Assembly (NCBI GenBank): GCA_963720715.1
Contig: CAVRGM010000002.1
Span: 129,871-193,870, forward strand
Reading direction: 5' to 3'
DNA length: 64,000 nt
Origin: an uncultured Chloroflexia bacterium
GTDB lineage: Bacteria; Chloroflexota; Limnocylindria; Limnocylindrales; CSP1-4
Shown here: positions 30,142 through 41,085 of the stretch, piece by piece
How positions within the stretch are numbered: position 1 is the stretch's first letter
Layout of the letters: every line of letters starts with the position of its first letter
Program-made: the position numbers and the translations under genes
The notes under the pieces: generated by a model
Databases searched by the model: none
Told to the model about the DNA's origin: nothing
The model's input: only the letters and a program-made list of their open reading frames with translations

Positions 30142-32052
30142 ATGCCAGCGCCGAGATCGGTCAATGAACTCGCCTCGATCCACCATGACGGCTCGGCCCG
30201 GTACGTCACGCCGCTCGATGGCGCCGATATCGACCGACTGCGGATCGGTGATCGAGTCCGGCTTCGCGTCCGGGCTGCCATCGAGGCTCCGGTCGAGCGG
30301 CTCTTCCTGCGGACCGTGCCCGACGGCGAGCAACTCCTCGAGGAACTGGTCGAGATCAGCGCCGACTCGGCGACTCGCTGGTGGGAGGTGACCACCGACG
30401 TCGCGATGCCGACGACCTCATACCGCTTCCTGGTCGTGGCCGCTGGCGAGACCGGCTGGTTGAACGGATCCGGGCTCCACGTCGTGACGCCGACGGATCG
30501 AGACGACTTCATCCTGCTCGTCGGATACGAGCCACCGACCTGGCTGCGCGATCGCGTCTTCTACCAGATCTTTCCCGACCGTTTCGCCAACGGCGACACG
30601 GATAACGACGTACGTGATGGCGCATGGACCTACCGAGGGAATGTCGCCCATCGGCGTGACTGGGACGAGCGCCCATCCCCGGACCGGTCGGGCATGGTCG
30701 AATTCTTCGGCGGCGACCTGAAGGGCATCGCCGACCACCTGGACCACCTGGTCGCGCTCGGGGTGAATGCCATCTATCTGAATCCGATCTTCGCGTCGCC
30801 CTCGAACCATGGCTACGACACGTCCGATTACACGCGAGTCGCGGACCGCTTCGGGGGGAATGCGGCACTCGCTGCCCTGCGCAGCGCGACCGAGGCGGTC
30901 GGGATCCGGCTCATCCTCGACGTGGCCCCGAACCATGTCGGCGTGGAGCACGAATGGTTCAAGGAAGCCCAGGCGGACCCCGATTCGCCGGAGGCCGGCT
31001 ATTTCATCTTCCGGGAGCACCCGCACGATTACGAGTCGTGGCTGGGGGTGGGTTCGCTGCCCAAACTCGACTACCGGAGCGCCGGTCTCAGGGACGCGAT
31101 GTATGCCGGCGATGATGCCGTCCTGCGTCGGTGGCTTCGCCCGCCCTATTCGATCGATGGCTGGCGGATCGATGTGGCGAACATGCTCGGCCGATCGGGC
31201 GCGGTCCAGCTCGGCCCCGAGGTCGCTCGCTCGATGCGGACGGCGATCAAGGACGAGTCGCCCGAGGCATACGTCGTCGGTGAGCATTGGTTCGATGCGA
31301 TCGATCAGCTGGCCGGCGACCAATGGGACGGTGTCATGAACTATGCCGGGTTCATGGTCCCGCTCCTGCACTGGCTCGATGGCCATGAGGTGCGCAGCCG
31401 GGCTGGCACGCTGCTTCGCATCGAGCGGTCGACGACGGAGTCGCTCGTGACCACGCTGGGAGCGTATCGGGCCGCCATCGCCTGGTCGGTCGCCCGACGC
31501 CAATACAACCTGATCGACAGCCATGACACGGGCCGGGTCCAGTCCGTGCTGCATGGTGACGATGGGCCGGTCCGGGCGGCCTTCGGGGCGTTGCTGACGT
31601 ACGTCGGCGTGCCTTCGATCCTGTATGGCGATGAGATCGGGCTCGACGGGCTCGACGGCGGCGACGCCCGCCGGACGATGCCGTGGGATACGACCCGTTG
31701 GGATCGCGATCGGCTCGCCTTCGTGCGCCGTCTGGTCCGGTTCCGGGTCCGGTCTGCGGCCCTGATGGACGGCGGGTTCCAGGTCCTCGAAGTGGGCGAG
31801 GACCACCTCGCGTATCTCCGCGATACGGATGCGGCCCAGGTGATCGTCCTCCTCGTCCGTGGTCCCGGCCCTCGGCCTCCGGGGCCGCTCCCGGTCCGGC
31901 TCGGCGGGATCCCGGACGGCGCCGTGTTCACGGAACTGCTCTCGGACGTGACCGCCGTCGTTCGAGATGGGGGACTGGACCTCGGCCCGACGCCGCCAGG
32001 GGTCGTCATCTGGGTCACCGGGGAGGACCTGTTGGTGCTCCACGATGGCTGA
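30142..32052 (+). CDS. GH13 alpha-amylase-family enzyme with an N-terminal N-domain (cyclomaltodextrinase / neopullulanase-like)
   Basis: DVAPNH, GWRIDVANM, EHWF and DSHDT motifs. Confidence 0.9.
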   Translation: MPAPRSVNELASIHHDGSARYVTPLDGADIDRLRIGDRVRLRVRAAIEAPVERLFLRTVPDGEQLLEELVEISADSATRWWEVTTDVAMPTTSYRFLVVAAGETGWLNGSGLHVVTPTDRDDFILLVGYEPPTWLRDRVFYQIFPDRFANGDTDNDVRDGAWTYRGNVAHRRDWDERPSPDRSGMVEFFGGDLKGIADHLDHLVALGVNAIYLNPIFASPSNHGYDTSDYTRVADRFGGNAALAALRSATEAVGIRLILDVAPNHVGVEHEWFKEAQADPDSPEAGYFIFREHPHDYESWLGVGSLPKLDYRSAGLRDAMYAGDDAVLRRWLRPPYSIDGWRIDVANMLGRSGAVQLGPEVARSMRTAIKDESPEAYVVGEHWFDAIDQLAGDQWDGVMNYAGFMVPLLHWLDGHEVRSRAGTLLRIERSTTESLVTTLGAYRAAIAWSVARRQYNLIDSHDTGRVQSVLHGDDGPVRAAFGALLTYVGVPSILYGDEIGLDGLDGGDARRTMPWDTTRWDRDRLAFVRRLVRFRVRSAALMDGGFQVLEVGEDHLAYLRDTDAAQVIVLLVRGPGPRPPGPLPVRLGGIPDGAVFTELLSDVTAVVRDGGLDLGPTPPGVVIWVTGEDLLVLHDG

Positions 32053-33946
32053 CGACATCTCCGACGATTTCGTCTTCGGGACGCTCTCGACCGACGGCCA
32101 GCGTGTCGCGCAGATGCAGGCCGCGGCTGCCGGCGTCGATCATGCCCACGACGTTGATCCGCGAGACCCGGCGCCCGGCGAACCGGTCACGATCCGGGTC
32201 AGGATCGGCCCACGGGTCGAGGCAGACCGCGTCACCACGTACTACACGACCGACGGCGACGATCCCACAGGCACTCGCGGCGTCGCCAGCGTGGGGCAGT
32301 CGCTCAGCCTCACCCGGATCGCGGTCGATTGGGACACGCTTGCCTGGGGGTATCGCGAGACGTGGGCCGGCCAGATCCCCGGACAGCCCGATGGCACGCT
32401 GGTCAGGTACCGGATCGAAGCCTGGTCGTCGCTCGGCGGGCAGAGCGTCTGGGCCAGCGAGATCGCCGGGGTGGTGGCCGGCGAGCGGCCGCCGGGCGTG
32501 TCGGACCTTGACGCGGAACCGTTCCGGTTCGCGGGGGAGTTGTGGCCCATCCGCCGGACGGCCGCAGATGCCTACCACGTCGACCGTGAGACGGTCCCCG
32601 ATTGGCTCATGGACGCGGTCATCTATGAAGTCTTCGTCGATCGATTCGCGACGAGCGGCGGGCAACCCTTCGCCACGCCCGACTCGCTCGGCGGGTTCTT
32701 CGGAGGCACGCTCCGCGGCGTCCTCGAGCGGCTGGAGCACATCGTCGATCTCGGCGCGACCTGCCTGTGGTTGTCGCCGATCTTTCCCAGCCCGTCACAC
32801 CATGGCTACGACCCATCCGACTATCGATCCGTCGAACCCCGGCTCGGCTCCACGGAGGACCTTCGCGCGCTGGTCGACGCCGCACATGCCCACGGGCTCC
32901 GGGTCATCCTCGATCTGGTGGCCAACCACATGTCCTCGGAGCACCCGGCGTTCCGCGCAGCGACCAGTGATCCGGATGCGCCGGAACGGCGCTGGTTCAC
33001 GTTCACCCGGTGGCCCGACGCCTATCTCACATTCTTCGGCGTCCAGGACCATCCGCAGATCGACGCGGACGATCCCGGTGCCCGGCGATATCTCATCGAC
33101 AGCGCCATCGGCTGGCTGAAGACCGGTATCGATGGCTTCCGGTGCGACTACGCGCAGGGTCCGTCCCATGCGTTCTGGAGCGAGTTTCGTGCCGCCACAC
33201 GGTCGGTCGCGCCGGACAGCGTGACGCTCGGCGAGGTCGTCGAGACGCCGGCGCTCCAGCGGACCTACGCCGGCCGGCTCGACGGCTGTCTCGATTTCGT
33301 GCTGAACCAGGTCCTCCGACAGGCATTCGCGTTCGGCACGCTCGGGCTGGCCGATCTCGAGACGACCGTGCACCGCCATCTGGCGTACCAGGACGACGGG
33401 ATGGTGTTGCCGTCGTTCCTGGACAACCACGACATGAACCGGTTCCTGTGGGTGGTCCAGGGCGACGTCCGCCGACTCCGCCTTGCCGCGCTCTATCAAT
33501 TCACCCTGCCGAACCCGCCGATCGTCTACTACGGAACCGAAGTCGGCCTGTCGCAGGTCCGTGACGTGCGCCGGCCGGATGGCAGTGGGCACCCCGAGGA
33601 GAGCCGGATGCCGATGGTCTGGGACGAGCGACAGGATCGTGCCCTGTACGAGACCTATCGCGACCTGATCCACGCCCGTCGTTCGATGGGGTCGGTCTGG
33701 CGCGGTCCCCGTGAGACACTCATCGCCGACGACGGCCTCGGGGCGCTGGTCGTGCGCTGTCGGAACGAGCATGCCGATGCCGTGGTCGCGTTCAGTCTCG
33801 ATGAGCAGGGCCGCACCCTCGAACATCGCCTGTTCGAGGGTCGCACCATCGCGTTCCGGACAAGCTCGGCCGTCCGGCTCGAAGGTGGCCGCCTCGCGCT
33901 TGGACCGTTCGACGGTGCGATCCTCAGATCCGTCGATGCGGAGTAG
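32045..33946 (+). CDS. GH13 alpha-amylase-family enzyme (third tandem paralog)
   Basis: ATG at 32045 overlaps the upstream stop by 8 nt. DLVANH, GFRCDYAQG, EVVE and LDNHDM motifs. Confidence 0.85.
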   Translation: MADDISDDFVFGTLSTDGQRVAQMQAAAAGVDHAHDVDPRDPAPGEPVTIRVRIGPRVEADRVTTYYTTDGDDPTGTRGVASVGQSLSLTRIAVDWDTLAWGYRETWAGQIPGQPDGTLVRYRIEAWSSLGGQSVWASEIAGVVAGERPPGVSDLDAEPFRFAGELWPIRRTAADAYHVDRETVPDWLMDAVIYEVFVDRFATSGGQPFATPDSLGGFFGGTLRGVLERLEHIVDLGATCLWLSPIFPSPSHHGYDPSDYRSVEPRLGSTEDLRALVDAAHAHGLRVILDLVANHMSSEHPAFRAATSDPDAPERRWFTFTRWPDAYLTFFGVQDHPQIDADDPGARRYLIDSAIGWLKTGIDGFRCDYAQGPSHAFWSEFRAATRSVAPDSVTLGEVVETPALQRTYAGRLDGCLDFVLNQVLRQAFAFGTLGLADLETTVHRHLAYQDDGMVLPSFLDNHDMNRFLWVVQGDVRRLRLAALYQFTLPNPPIVYYGTEVGLSQVRDVRRPDGSGHPEESRMPMVWDERQDRALYETYRDLIHARRSMGSVWRGPRETLIADDGLGALVVRCRNEHADAVVAFSLDEQGRTLEHRLFEGRTIAFRTSSAVRLEGGRLALGPFDGAILRSVDAE

Positions 33947-33958
33947 GATTCAGCCGAC

Positions 33959-34258
33959 ATGTCGGTGGACCTTCTCGACACCACGATCAGCGCCCTGATC
34001 CTGTTCGGCGCCTATCTGTCGGCACGCCATTGGATGGACCGCTGGGCCGACCTCCGGATCACGATCTTCCGTCCATACCGTGGCGACCCCTGGCCACAGG
34101 GCGTCCAGGAGGAGGACGGCGTCCGCTGGCGATGGACCGGCAACGGCGCGACCGGCCCCGCGACCGAGGGTGATGCTGGTCCATCCATGTCGGATGCCGA
34201 AGTCATCCCGGTCGGGCGAGTCGGATCGATCGATATCCACCGGCCGACCCACCGCTGA
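33959..34258 (+). CDS. Hypothetical small protein
   Basis: ORF only; one hydrophobic segment. Weak evidence. Confidence 0.3.
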   Translation: MSVDLLDTTISALILFGAYLSARHWMDRWADLRITIFRPYRGDPWPQGVQEEDGVRWRWTGNGATGPATEGDAGPSMSDAEVIPVGRVGSIDIHRPTHR

Positions 34259-34299
34259 CCGCGAGGGTCCAGCCCCGTCTCCGCTACCATGCAGGCCCG

Positions 34300-34671
34300 A
34301 TGATCGACCGCATCCGAGCCATGCCCGGTGGCATCCGCTTGTTCCTCGTCTACGCCTTTCTGATCCTGGCCGGGATCGGGCTCAGCCTGCGCTCGGTCAT
34401 CGACCTGGCCATCTCGGCACCGGTCAGCTTCGAGGGGCTTGTCGTGATGGCCCTCCTGGCCTACACGATCTTCACCACGACCCTCGTCCTCCAGCGCAAG
34501 CAGGCCGCGCGCGGCCTGGCCCTGGGGCTGGCCAGTCTGACCATCCCGCTCGTCCCGTTGCTGGCGCTCAGCCGGTTGATCATCGAGGCGATCTTCGTGG
34601 CCGCCTTCGGGCTCCTGCTGTTCCGTGGCCTGCTCCGGACGGAGGTCCGGACCTATCTGGATCAACCGTGA
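34300..34671 (+). CDS. Hypothetical membrane protein (3-4 TM)
   Basis: Hydrophobic helices: LFLVYAFLILAGIGL, LVVMALLAYTIFTTTL, LALGLASLTIPLVPLLAL. Confidence 0.45.
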   Translation: MIDRIRAMPGGIRLFLVYAFLILAGIGLSLRSVIDLAISAPVSFEGLVVMALLAYTIFTTTLVLQRKQAARGLALGLASLTIPLVPLLALSRLIIEAIFVAAFGLLLFRGLLRTEVRTYLDQP

Positions 34672-34726
34672 GGTACCCTCACCCCCGTGTCACTGACCGC
34701 CGAACCCCCGACTTCGAGGCACCCGC

Positions 34727-35689
34727 GTGAGTAAAGCCAGCCGCCGGCGATCGCAGACCGGCAATCCATCACCCGCAGCGGGCCAGACCGCCGACTTGGC
34801 GACGAGCGCCTCGGCCGCCACGACCGGCGCACCGCGGAGCAGTACGTCCCCGTCGGCACGGTCAAGCCGCCGCGAGCGCCAGCGGACCGCTTACAAGCCG
34901 AGTTTCTTCGAGCGCTACCGGACCGCGATCATCGTCGTGGCCGCGCTGGTCGGGGTCGGCTTGCTGTCCATCTTCGTGTTCACGTCGGCCGCCCAGCCGA
35001 CCTACGCCTGTTCGACGATCTGGAAACCGGATCCGACCCCTTCACCCGCACCCGGCTCGACGCCAGCGCTCGGCTACGCGCAGCCGGACATGGGTCACAC
35101 CCATGTCAGCCCTGGCGAGAAAGTCACCTACACGTACTGCGCACCGGCCTCCGGGAAGCACATCAACGTGTCCGGCCAGGGCCCAATCGCCGCGCGCGTC
35201 TACGGCCCGGACGATGCGGTCATCCCGCAGGGCTGGATCCACAACCTCGAGCACGGCGGCCTGGTCATCCTGTACAAGGGCGACAGCGCCGGCGCGACCG
35301 ATGCCGGGCAGGCCGAATTCAAGGCGTTCTGGGAGGCCTTTCCGCCGGCCCAGGACTGCGGACCGGTCATCGCTCGATTCGACCAGATGAGCAGCCCGTT
35401 CCAGGCGATGGTCTGGGGTCGCGTCCTGTTGCTCGACACGTTCGACCAGGACCAGATCGACGCGTTCTGGAACCAGTGGGGTGGGATCACCAACACCGAG
35501 AAGATCTGTCCGACGCCCAACCAATCCGGGCCACTCGCGACGGCGATGACCCCGACGGACGGGACCGCGACCGCGGTGCCCAGCGTCGCAGCCTCGCCGA
35601 GCGCCAGTCCCGCCACGGAGCCGAGCCCTTCCACCGACCCCAGCCCGGCCTTGGCACCCAGCCCCAGCGCCGCACCGTCGGCCAGCTGA
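34727..35689 (+). CDS. DUF3105-domain membrane-anchored protein with a Pro/Ser/Ala-rich tail
   Basis: GTG start; N-terminal TM segment. Conserved GWIHNLEHGGLVILY motif. Confidence 0.75.
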   Translation: MSKASRRRSQTGNPSPAAGQTADLATSASAATTGAPRSSTSPSARSSRRERQRTAYKPSFFERYRTAIIVVAALVGVGLLSIFVFTSAAQPTYACSTIWKPDPTPSPAPGSTPALGYAQPDMGHTHVSPGEKVTYTYCAPASGKHINVSGQGPIAARVYGPDDAVIPQGWIHNLEHGGLVILYKGDSAGATDAGQAEFKAFWEAFPPAQDCGPVIARFDQMSSPFQAMVWGRVLLLDTFDQDQIDAFWNQWGGITNTEKICPTPNQSGPLATAMTPTDGTATAVPSVAASPSASPATEPSPSTDPSPALAPSPSAAPSAS

Positions 35690-35699
35690 GCGCCGACCG

Positions 35700-36656
35700 A
35701 TGCGTCTCGTCTCCTATCTCGGTCCGGATGACGCCGGTACGGCGGTGCTCTTCGGCGACCGGCTCGTTCCGCTCATGGAAGGCTTCCTGACCGGTTTCGA
35801 ACTTGACCCGATCGCATTGTCCGAACTCGCACTCCGGGCCGAGGCCCTGCAGGGCGCGGTGGGCTTCGAACTGGAGGACGTGGACGTCATCCCGCCCATC
35901 CCGGAGCCCGGCAAGATCGTCTGCGCCGGGTTGAACTACCGGCAACATGCTGCCGAGGGCGGCGGACCGCTTCCGACGCGCCCGTTGTTGTTCTCCAAGT
36001 TCGCCAACACGGTCATCGCCGATGGCGAGCCGATCGTCCGCCCGGAAGGCACCCGGGCCCTCGACCTCGAGGTCGAGCTGGGGGTCGTGATCGGGACCCG
36101 CGCCAGGCGGGTCTCCCGGGAGGACGCCCTGGATCACGTGGCCGGCTACGTCGTCCTCAATGACGTGAGCGCTCGCGACTGGCAGGGCGTGCCAGCGGCC
36201 CTGGGCGAGGGCGAATTGGGCGATGGCCAGTGGCTGCGGGCCAAGGGTTCGGACTCGTTCCTGCCCATCGGCCCGATCTTCGTCACGGCCGACGAGATCC
36301 CGGATCCGCAGGCCCTGCGACTCCGGTCCTGGCGCATCCCCGGGTCCGGGCCGGATGACGGCGCCGAGATCCTGATGCAGGACAGTTCGACCTCGGACAT
36401 GATCTGGTCGGTCGCCGAACTCATCGAATTCATCAGCCGGACGATCACCCTCGAGCCGGGCGACCTCATCGCGACCGGCACGCCATCCGGGGTCGGTGCC
36501 TATCGCGACCCGCCGGTCTTCCTCGTGCCTGGCGATCGGGTGCGCTGCGCGATCGAGGGCATCGGATCGGTCGAGAACCCGATCATCGACTGGTTCGATG
36601 CCGATGACGAGCTCGCCGGCGAGCTGGATCTCGACGACCTGCCGGCCGATCACTGA
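35700..36656 (+). CDS. Fumarylacetoacetate hydrolase (FAH)-family protein
   Basis: FAH-fold signatures [14 protein letters not shown] and ELGVVIG. Confidence 0.85.
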   Translation: MRLVSYLGPDDAGTAVLFGDRLVPLMEGFLTGFELDPIALSELALRAEALQGAVGFELEDVDVIPPIPEPGKIVCAGLNYRQHAAEGGGPLPTRPLLFSKFANTVIADGEPIVRPEGTRALDLEVELGVVIGTRARRVSREDALDHVAGYVVLNDVSARDWQGVPAALGEGELGDGQWLRAKGSDSFLPIGPIFVTADEIPDPQALRLRSWRIPGSGPDDGAEILMQDSSTSDMIWSVAELIEFISRTITLEPGDLIATGTPSGVGAYRDPPVFLVPGDRVRCAIEGIGSVENPIIDWFDADDELAGELDLDDLPADH

Positions 36657-36667
36657 GCCGATCGACG

Positions 36668-37696
36668 ATGCTCGCGCTGGTCAAGACCGGAGCCGCACCG
36701 GGCCTTGACTTGACGGACGTCCCGATCCCGACCGTCGGCATCAACGACGTCCTGATCCGGGTCCACAAGACCGGCATCTGCGGCACGGACCTGCACATCG
36801 AGTCGTGGGATGCATGGGCGGCCCGGACGATCAAGCCGCCGCTGGTGGTCGGTCACGAATTCGTCGGCGAGATCGTCGAGGTCGGCGCCAATGTGGATGG
36901 CTTCGCTGCCGGGGATCTCGTCTCGGGCGAGGGCCACGTCGTGTGCGGTCGGTGCCGCCACTGCCTGGCCGGCCGTCGCGAACTGTGTGCTCGGAGCATC
37001 GGCCTGGGCGTCGGTCGCGACGGGGCGTTCGCCGAATACGTGGTCCTGCCCATGACCAACGTGTGGAGTCACTGGCCCGGCATCGATGAGGAGGTCGCGG
37101 CGATCTTCGATCCGTTCGGGAATGCCGTCCACACGGCCCTCGCGTTCCCGGTCCTGGGCGAGGACGTGCTGGTGTCCGGAGCCGGGCCGATCGGTCTGAT
37201 GGCGACTGCCGTCGCCCGCCATGCCGGCGCCCGTCATGTCGTGGTCAGCGAGCCGAACGCGTTCCGACGCGAGCTCGCGATGCAGATGGGCGCGTCGCTC
37301 GCCATCGATCCGCGCGAGCGCCAGCTCAGCGATGCCTTCGCCGAACTCGAGATGGTCGAAGGCTTCGATGTCGCCCTGGAGATGTCCGGAGTGCCGGCCG
37401 CCCTGCGAGCTGCCATCGCCGCGATGGCTCACGGCGGCGGGATCGCGATCCTGGGCATCCCGACCGAGGACATCGCGCTCGACGTCAACGCCATCGTGTT
37501 CAAGATGCTGACCCTGCGCGGGATCTACGGTCGCGAGATGTACGAGACCTGGTACAAGATGACCGTGATGCTCCAGTCCGGGCTCGATATCACGCCGGCG
37601 ATCACCCACCGATTCGGGTTCCGCGAGTACGAGGCGGCCTTCGCCGCGGCCCGCGCGGGCGACTCGGGCAAGGTCGTCATGGACTGGCAAGCGTGA
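36668..37696 (+). CDS. tdh: L-threonine 3-dehydrogenase
   Basis: Zn-ADH motifs GICGTDLH and [12 protein letters not shown]; Rossmann motif GAGPIGL. Confidence 0.9.
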   Translation: MLALVKTGAAPGLDLTDVPIPTVGINDVLIRVHKTGICGTDLHIESWDAWAARTIKPPLVVGHEFVGEIVEVGANVDGFAAGDLVSGEGHVVCGRCRHCLAGRRELCARSIGLGVGRDGAFAEYVVLPMTNVWSHWPGIDEEVAAIFDPFGNAVHTALAFPVLGEDVLVSGAGPIGLMATAVARHAGARHVVVSEPNAFRRELAMQMGASLAIDPRERQLSDAFAELEMVEGFDVALEMSGVPAALRAAIAAMAHGGGIAILGIPTEDIALDVNAIVFKMLTLRGIYGREMYETWYKMTVMLQSGLDITPAITHRFGFREYEAAFAAARAGDSGKVVMDWQA

Positions 37697-38922
37697 GCAG
37701 CAACGCCGGCCGACCGGACCCGCTCGCCTTCCTCGCCGACGAGGTCGAGGCACTCCGCGAGCGCCACCTGTATCGACCGCTGCGGATCATGTCGTCCGCC
37801 CAGGGGCCGATCGTGTCCGTGGACGACCGACGCCTGGTCAGCCTGTCATCGAACGACTATCTGGGTCTCACCCATCATCCTCGCCTGCGTGCCGCCGTCC
37901 TGCAGGCCGTCGATGATCGGGGCGTCGGCTCCGGCGCGGTCCGGACCATCGCCGGGACGATGTCCATGCACGAGGCGCTGGAATCCGAGCTGGCCGAGTT
38001 CAAGGGCACGCCCGCCGTGCTGACCTTCCAGTCCGGGTTCACCGCCAATACCGGGGTCATCCCGACCATCACCGGCGAGACCGACCTGATCGTCTCGGAT
38101 GCACTCAACCACGCCTCGATCATCGACGGCATGCGCCTGTCCAAGGCGCCCCGCGAGATCTATCCGCATGCCGACGTCGGCGCGCTGCGGGACATCCTCG
38201 AGCGGGCCAGACGAGACGGCCGAGCCGGCAGCGGCGAGCCATACCGGTTGATCCTGGTCGTGACCGATGGCGTGTTCTCGATGGACGGCGACATCGCACC
38301 GCTGCCCGGGATCGTCGAGGCGGCCGAGGCGTTCGGTGCGGCCGTGATGATCGACGACGCCCACGCGTCGGGCGTGCTCGGACGCGATGGTCGTGGGACG
38401 GTCGATCATTTTGGGCTGCACGGCCGGGTCGCCATCCAGGTCGGGACCCTGTCCAAGGCGGTCGGCTCGCTCGGCGGGTACGTCGCCGGGTCCGTGGCCC
38501 TCCGCGAGATCCTGACCCAGCGGGCCCGTCCGTTCCTGTTTTCGACGTCGGCCCCACCGGCCGTCGTGGCGGCCTGCCGGGAGGCGATCCGGGTGATGCA
38601 GGAGGAACCCGAACTCCAGGAGCGGCTGTGGGCCAACACCCGCCGGTTCAAGGCCGAACTGACCCGGCTCGGGTTCGACACCGGGCGGTCAGAGACGCCG
38701 ATCACCCCGGTCATGATGGGCGACCCGGACACCGCCGGCCGGTTCAGTGATCGACTGATCGAGGAGGGCGTGTTCGCCCAGCCCGTCGTCTTCCCGACGG
38801 TGGCCATCGACAAGTCGCGCCTGCGCACGATCGTCACTGCCGCCCACGCCGACGAGCAACTCGACGTCGCGCTCGACGCCTTCGACCGGGTGGGTCACGA
38901 ACTGGGCCTGATCTCCGGTTGA
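37693..38922 (+). CDS. kbl: Glycine C-acetyltransferase (2-amino-3-ketobutyrate CoA ligase)
   Basis: GTGA overlap with tdh. PLP-fold alpha-oxoamine synthase motifs ([18 protein letters not shown]). Confidence 0.9.
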   Translation: MSSNAGRPDPLAFLADEVEALRERHLYRPLRIMSSAQGPIVSVDDRRLVSLSSNDYLGLTHHPRLRAAVLQAVDDRGVGSGAVRTIAGTMSMHEALESELAEFKGTPAVLTFQSGFTANTGVIPTITGETDLIVSDALNHASIIDGMRLSKAPREIYPHADVGALRDILERARRDGRAGSGEPYRLILVVTDGVFSMDGDIAPLPGIVEAAEAFGAAVMIDDAHASGVLGRDGRGTVDHFGLHGRVAIQVGTLSKAVGSLGGYVAGSVALREILTQRARPFLFSTSAPPAVVAACREAIRVMQEEPELQERLWANTRRFKAELTRLGFDTGRSETPITPVMMGDPDTAGRFSDRLIEEGVFAQPVVFPTVAIDKSRLRTIVTAAHADEQLDVALDAFDRVGHELGLISG

Positions 38923-39767
38923 CCCACGATCGACTGCCGCGCGACCTGCCGCTCGACGCCCACATGCACACGGACCTGTCGCCCGACAGCGACGTCCCGA
39001 TCGATGTCTACGCGGCCGGCGCAGTGGAGCGCGGCATCACCGAGATCGCCATCACAGACCACGTCGATTTCGAGCCAGGCGCCCCGGCCTTCGGCTACAC
39101 GACCTTCGCCGACCGGGAACGGATCGTCCGTGGCGCCGCCGAGCGCTGGGGTCCCCAGGGCGTCCAGATCCGGTTCGGGGTGGAGCTGACCTACGATCGC
39201 GAGTGGGAACAGGACATCCGCGAGCATCTGGCTCGACACGCGTACGACTTCACCATCGGGTCCGTCCACGATCGCGTCGAATCGCCCTACTCCCATCGGA
39301 ACGTCGCCGCGTTCACCCGGGGTCGGTCACTGGCGGACATCGTCGCTCCGGCGTTCGACGAAGTCGAAGCGGCTGCGCGATCCGGCCTGTTCGACGCGAT
39401 CGGTCACATCGATGTCGTCAAACGCTACCTGTACCCACACGTCAAGCCCGCGGCCCTCGAGGCGGCCCCGGAACTGTATGAGCCCATCCTGCACGCATTG
39501 GTGGAGAGCGGGACCGCGCTGGAGGTCAACGTCAGCGGCCTGCGCTTTGCGATCGGCGTACCGTTCCCGCACCCGGCCATCGTGGCCCGATTCCACGAGC
39601 TTGGCGGTCGGGCGGTGACGGTCGGCTCGGACGCCCACCGGGCGGGTCATGCCAACTGGGGCCTGGACCAGGGCTACGCCATCGCGGCCGATGCCGGGTT
39701 CACGGCCCTCACCTTCCGTCGCGGCCCTGGCGCCGCCCGCGTTTCGGTTCCCATCCCTGCGCCCTAG
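38919..39767 (+). CDS. PHP-family histidinol-phosphatase
   Basis: TTG at 38919 overlaps the kbl stop (alternative ATG at 38964). PHP His motifs HMHTDLSPDS, DHVDFE and GSDAH. Confidence 0.8.
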   Translation: MTHDRLPRDLPLDAHMHTDLSPDSDVPIDVYAAGAVERGITEIAITDHVDFEPGAPAFGYTTFADRERIVRGAAERWGPQGVQIRFGVELTYDREWEQDIREHLARHAYDFTIGSVHDRVESPYSHRNVAAFTRGRSLADIVAPAFDEVEAAARSGLFDAIGHIDVVKRYLYPHVKPAALEAAPELYEPILHALVESGTALEVNVSGLRFAIGVPFPHPAIVARFHELGGRAVTVGSDAHRAGHANWGLDQGYAIAADAGFTALTFRRGPGAARVSVPIPAP

Positions 39768-39825
39768 GAACGTGGCACCATGCGGGTCCGATGGGCGAAC
39801 CTAACGGTCGGACCGGACATTCGTT

Positions 39826-40420
39826 GTGACTCTGGACGATGCCGCGATCGAGCGGCTGGTGGATGCGGCGCGAGCGGGGGACGGCGGAGCCTTCGGGCGG
39901 CTGTTCGACCACTATCACCGACCGGTCTATCGCTACGTCGCCAGCCGTGTGCGCCGCCCGAGCGACGCGGAGGACCTGACGCAGTCGATCTTCGTCAAGG
40001 CCCTGGAAGCCTTGCCGCGCTATGAATCCCGCGGCATCCCGTTCGGGGGCTGGCTGTTCCGCCTGGCACGGAACGCGGTCATCGATTTCGTCAGGACCAG
40101 CCACGAGCACGCCGACCTCGCCCAGTCGGTCGATCGCGCCGGGCCTGACGCCGCGCCCGGACGACCTGGCCGTCACGCGCCAGGAGATCGAGGCGGTGGG
40201 GATCGCCCTGGCAACCCTGACCGATGACCAGCGGGAGGCCATCGCCCTGCGCTTCTTCGCCGGCCTGTCCGCCCGCGAGGCCGCCGAAGCGATGGGCAAG
40301 CAGGAAGGCACCATCCGGGGGCTGCAGTTCCGGGCGATCGCCGCGCTTCGGCGCCAGCTCGGGATCGAACAGCCGGTCCAGCGTGAGGCCGGCACGCCGA
40401 CAGGTTCGGAGATGTCGTGA
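39826..40420 (+). pseudogene. ECF (sigma-70 family) sigma factor, with regions 2 and 4 in different frames (apparent +1 frameshift near 40110-40165)
   Basis: ORF 39826..40227 carries region 2 (FGRLFDHYHRPVYRYVASRV...RNAVIDFVR). ORF 40022..40420 carries region 4 (LTDDQREAIALRFFAGLSAREAAEAMGKQEGTIRGLQFRAIAAL). A single-base indel would fuse them. Confidence 0.6.
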
Positions 40421-41070
40421 TGGACGACGAGATGAGCGACGGAATAGACGACCAGGCCCAGCCCGGCGACGCGGAGGTCGAGCGCCGACTGTCGGCCTTT
40501 GCGAACGCGCGCCTGTCACCGACCCTCGACGCGGAGGCCCGGATCCGGGCAACGGTGATGGCCCGCGTGGCGGCGCCGAGCGGCCCGACGGCTGGCCCGG
40601 CCGCGACGACACGCCGCTGGCGTGCTCCGCGTCCGATCGCGCTGCTCCTGGCAGCGTGTCTCACGCTGGCGGTCATCGTTGGTGGCGCGCTGGCGGCGCG
40701 GCCTGGCGGGCCGTTGTATGCCACGAGCGTGTCCATCGAGGCGGCGAACCTGCCGACCCAGCTGGCGCAGCGTGCCCAGGCCGAAGTCGATCGACTGGAA
40801 CGGCGGATCGCCGAGGCCCGATCGGCGGTGGCCGGTCGAGACGCCGGTGCCGCGGAGGCCGCATTGACGGCGTATTCGAGCATCGTGACCGTGGCTGGCA
40901 CAGAGTCCGGTGGCGATGCGTCGGCGGTAGCCACGCTCGCCAGCACCCTGACTCGACACGTCGGGATCCTTGAGGGATTGGTAGGCACGGTGCCCGCACC
41001 TGCGGCGGACGCCGCGACGCAGGCGCTTCAGTCGTGCAACATGACGCTTGATGGACTCGATCAGCCGTAG
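40417..41070 (+). CDS. Putative anti-sigma factor (single TM; coupled to the ECF sigma gene)
   Basis: ATGA overlap with the sigma gene stop. Acidic N-terminus, a TM segment (IALLLAACLTLAVIVGGALAA) and a coiled-coil C-terminus. Confidence 0.6.
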   Translation: MMDDEMSDGIDDQAQPGDAEVERRLSAFANARLSPTLDAEARIRATVMARVAAPSGPTAGPAATTRRWRAPRPIALLLAACLTLAVIVGGALAARPGGPLYATSVSIEAANLPTQLAQRAQAEVDRLERRIAEARSAVAGRDAGAAEAALTAYSSIVTVAGTESGGDASAVATLASTLTRHVGILEGLVGTVPAPAADAATQALQSCNMTLDGLDQP

Positions 41071-41085
41071 CCGAGCGCGGATCGT

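Noticed and set aside
33950-34252. Minus-strand 100-aa ORF overlapping the plus-strand ORF 33959..34258
   Set aside because: The two ORFs are mutually exclusive and neither has motifs. I kept the plus-strand one at low confidence, because it follows the GH13 operon on the same strand.
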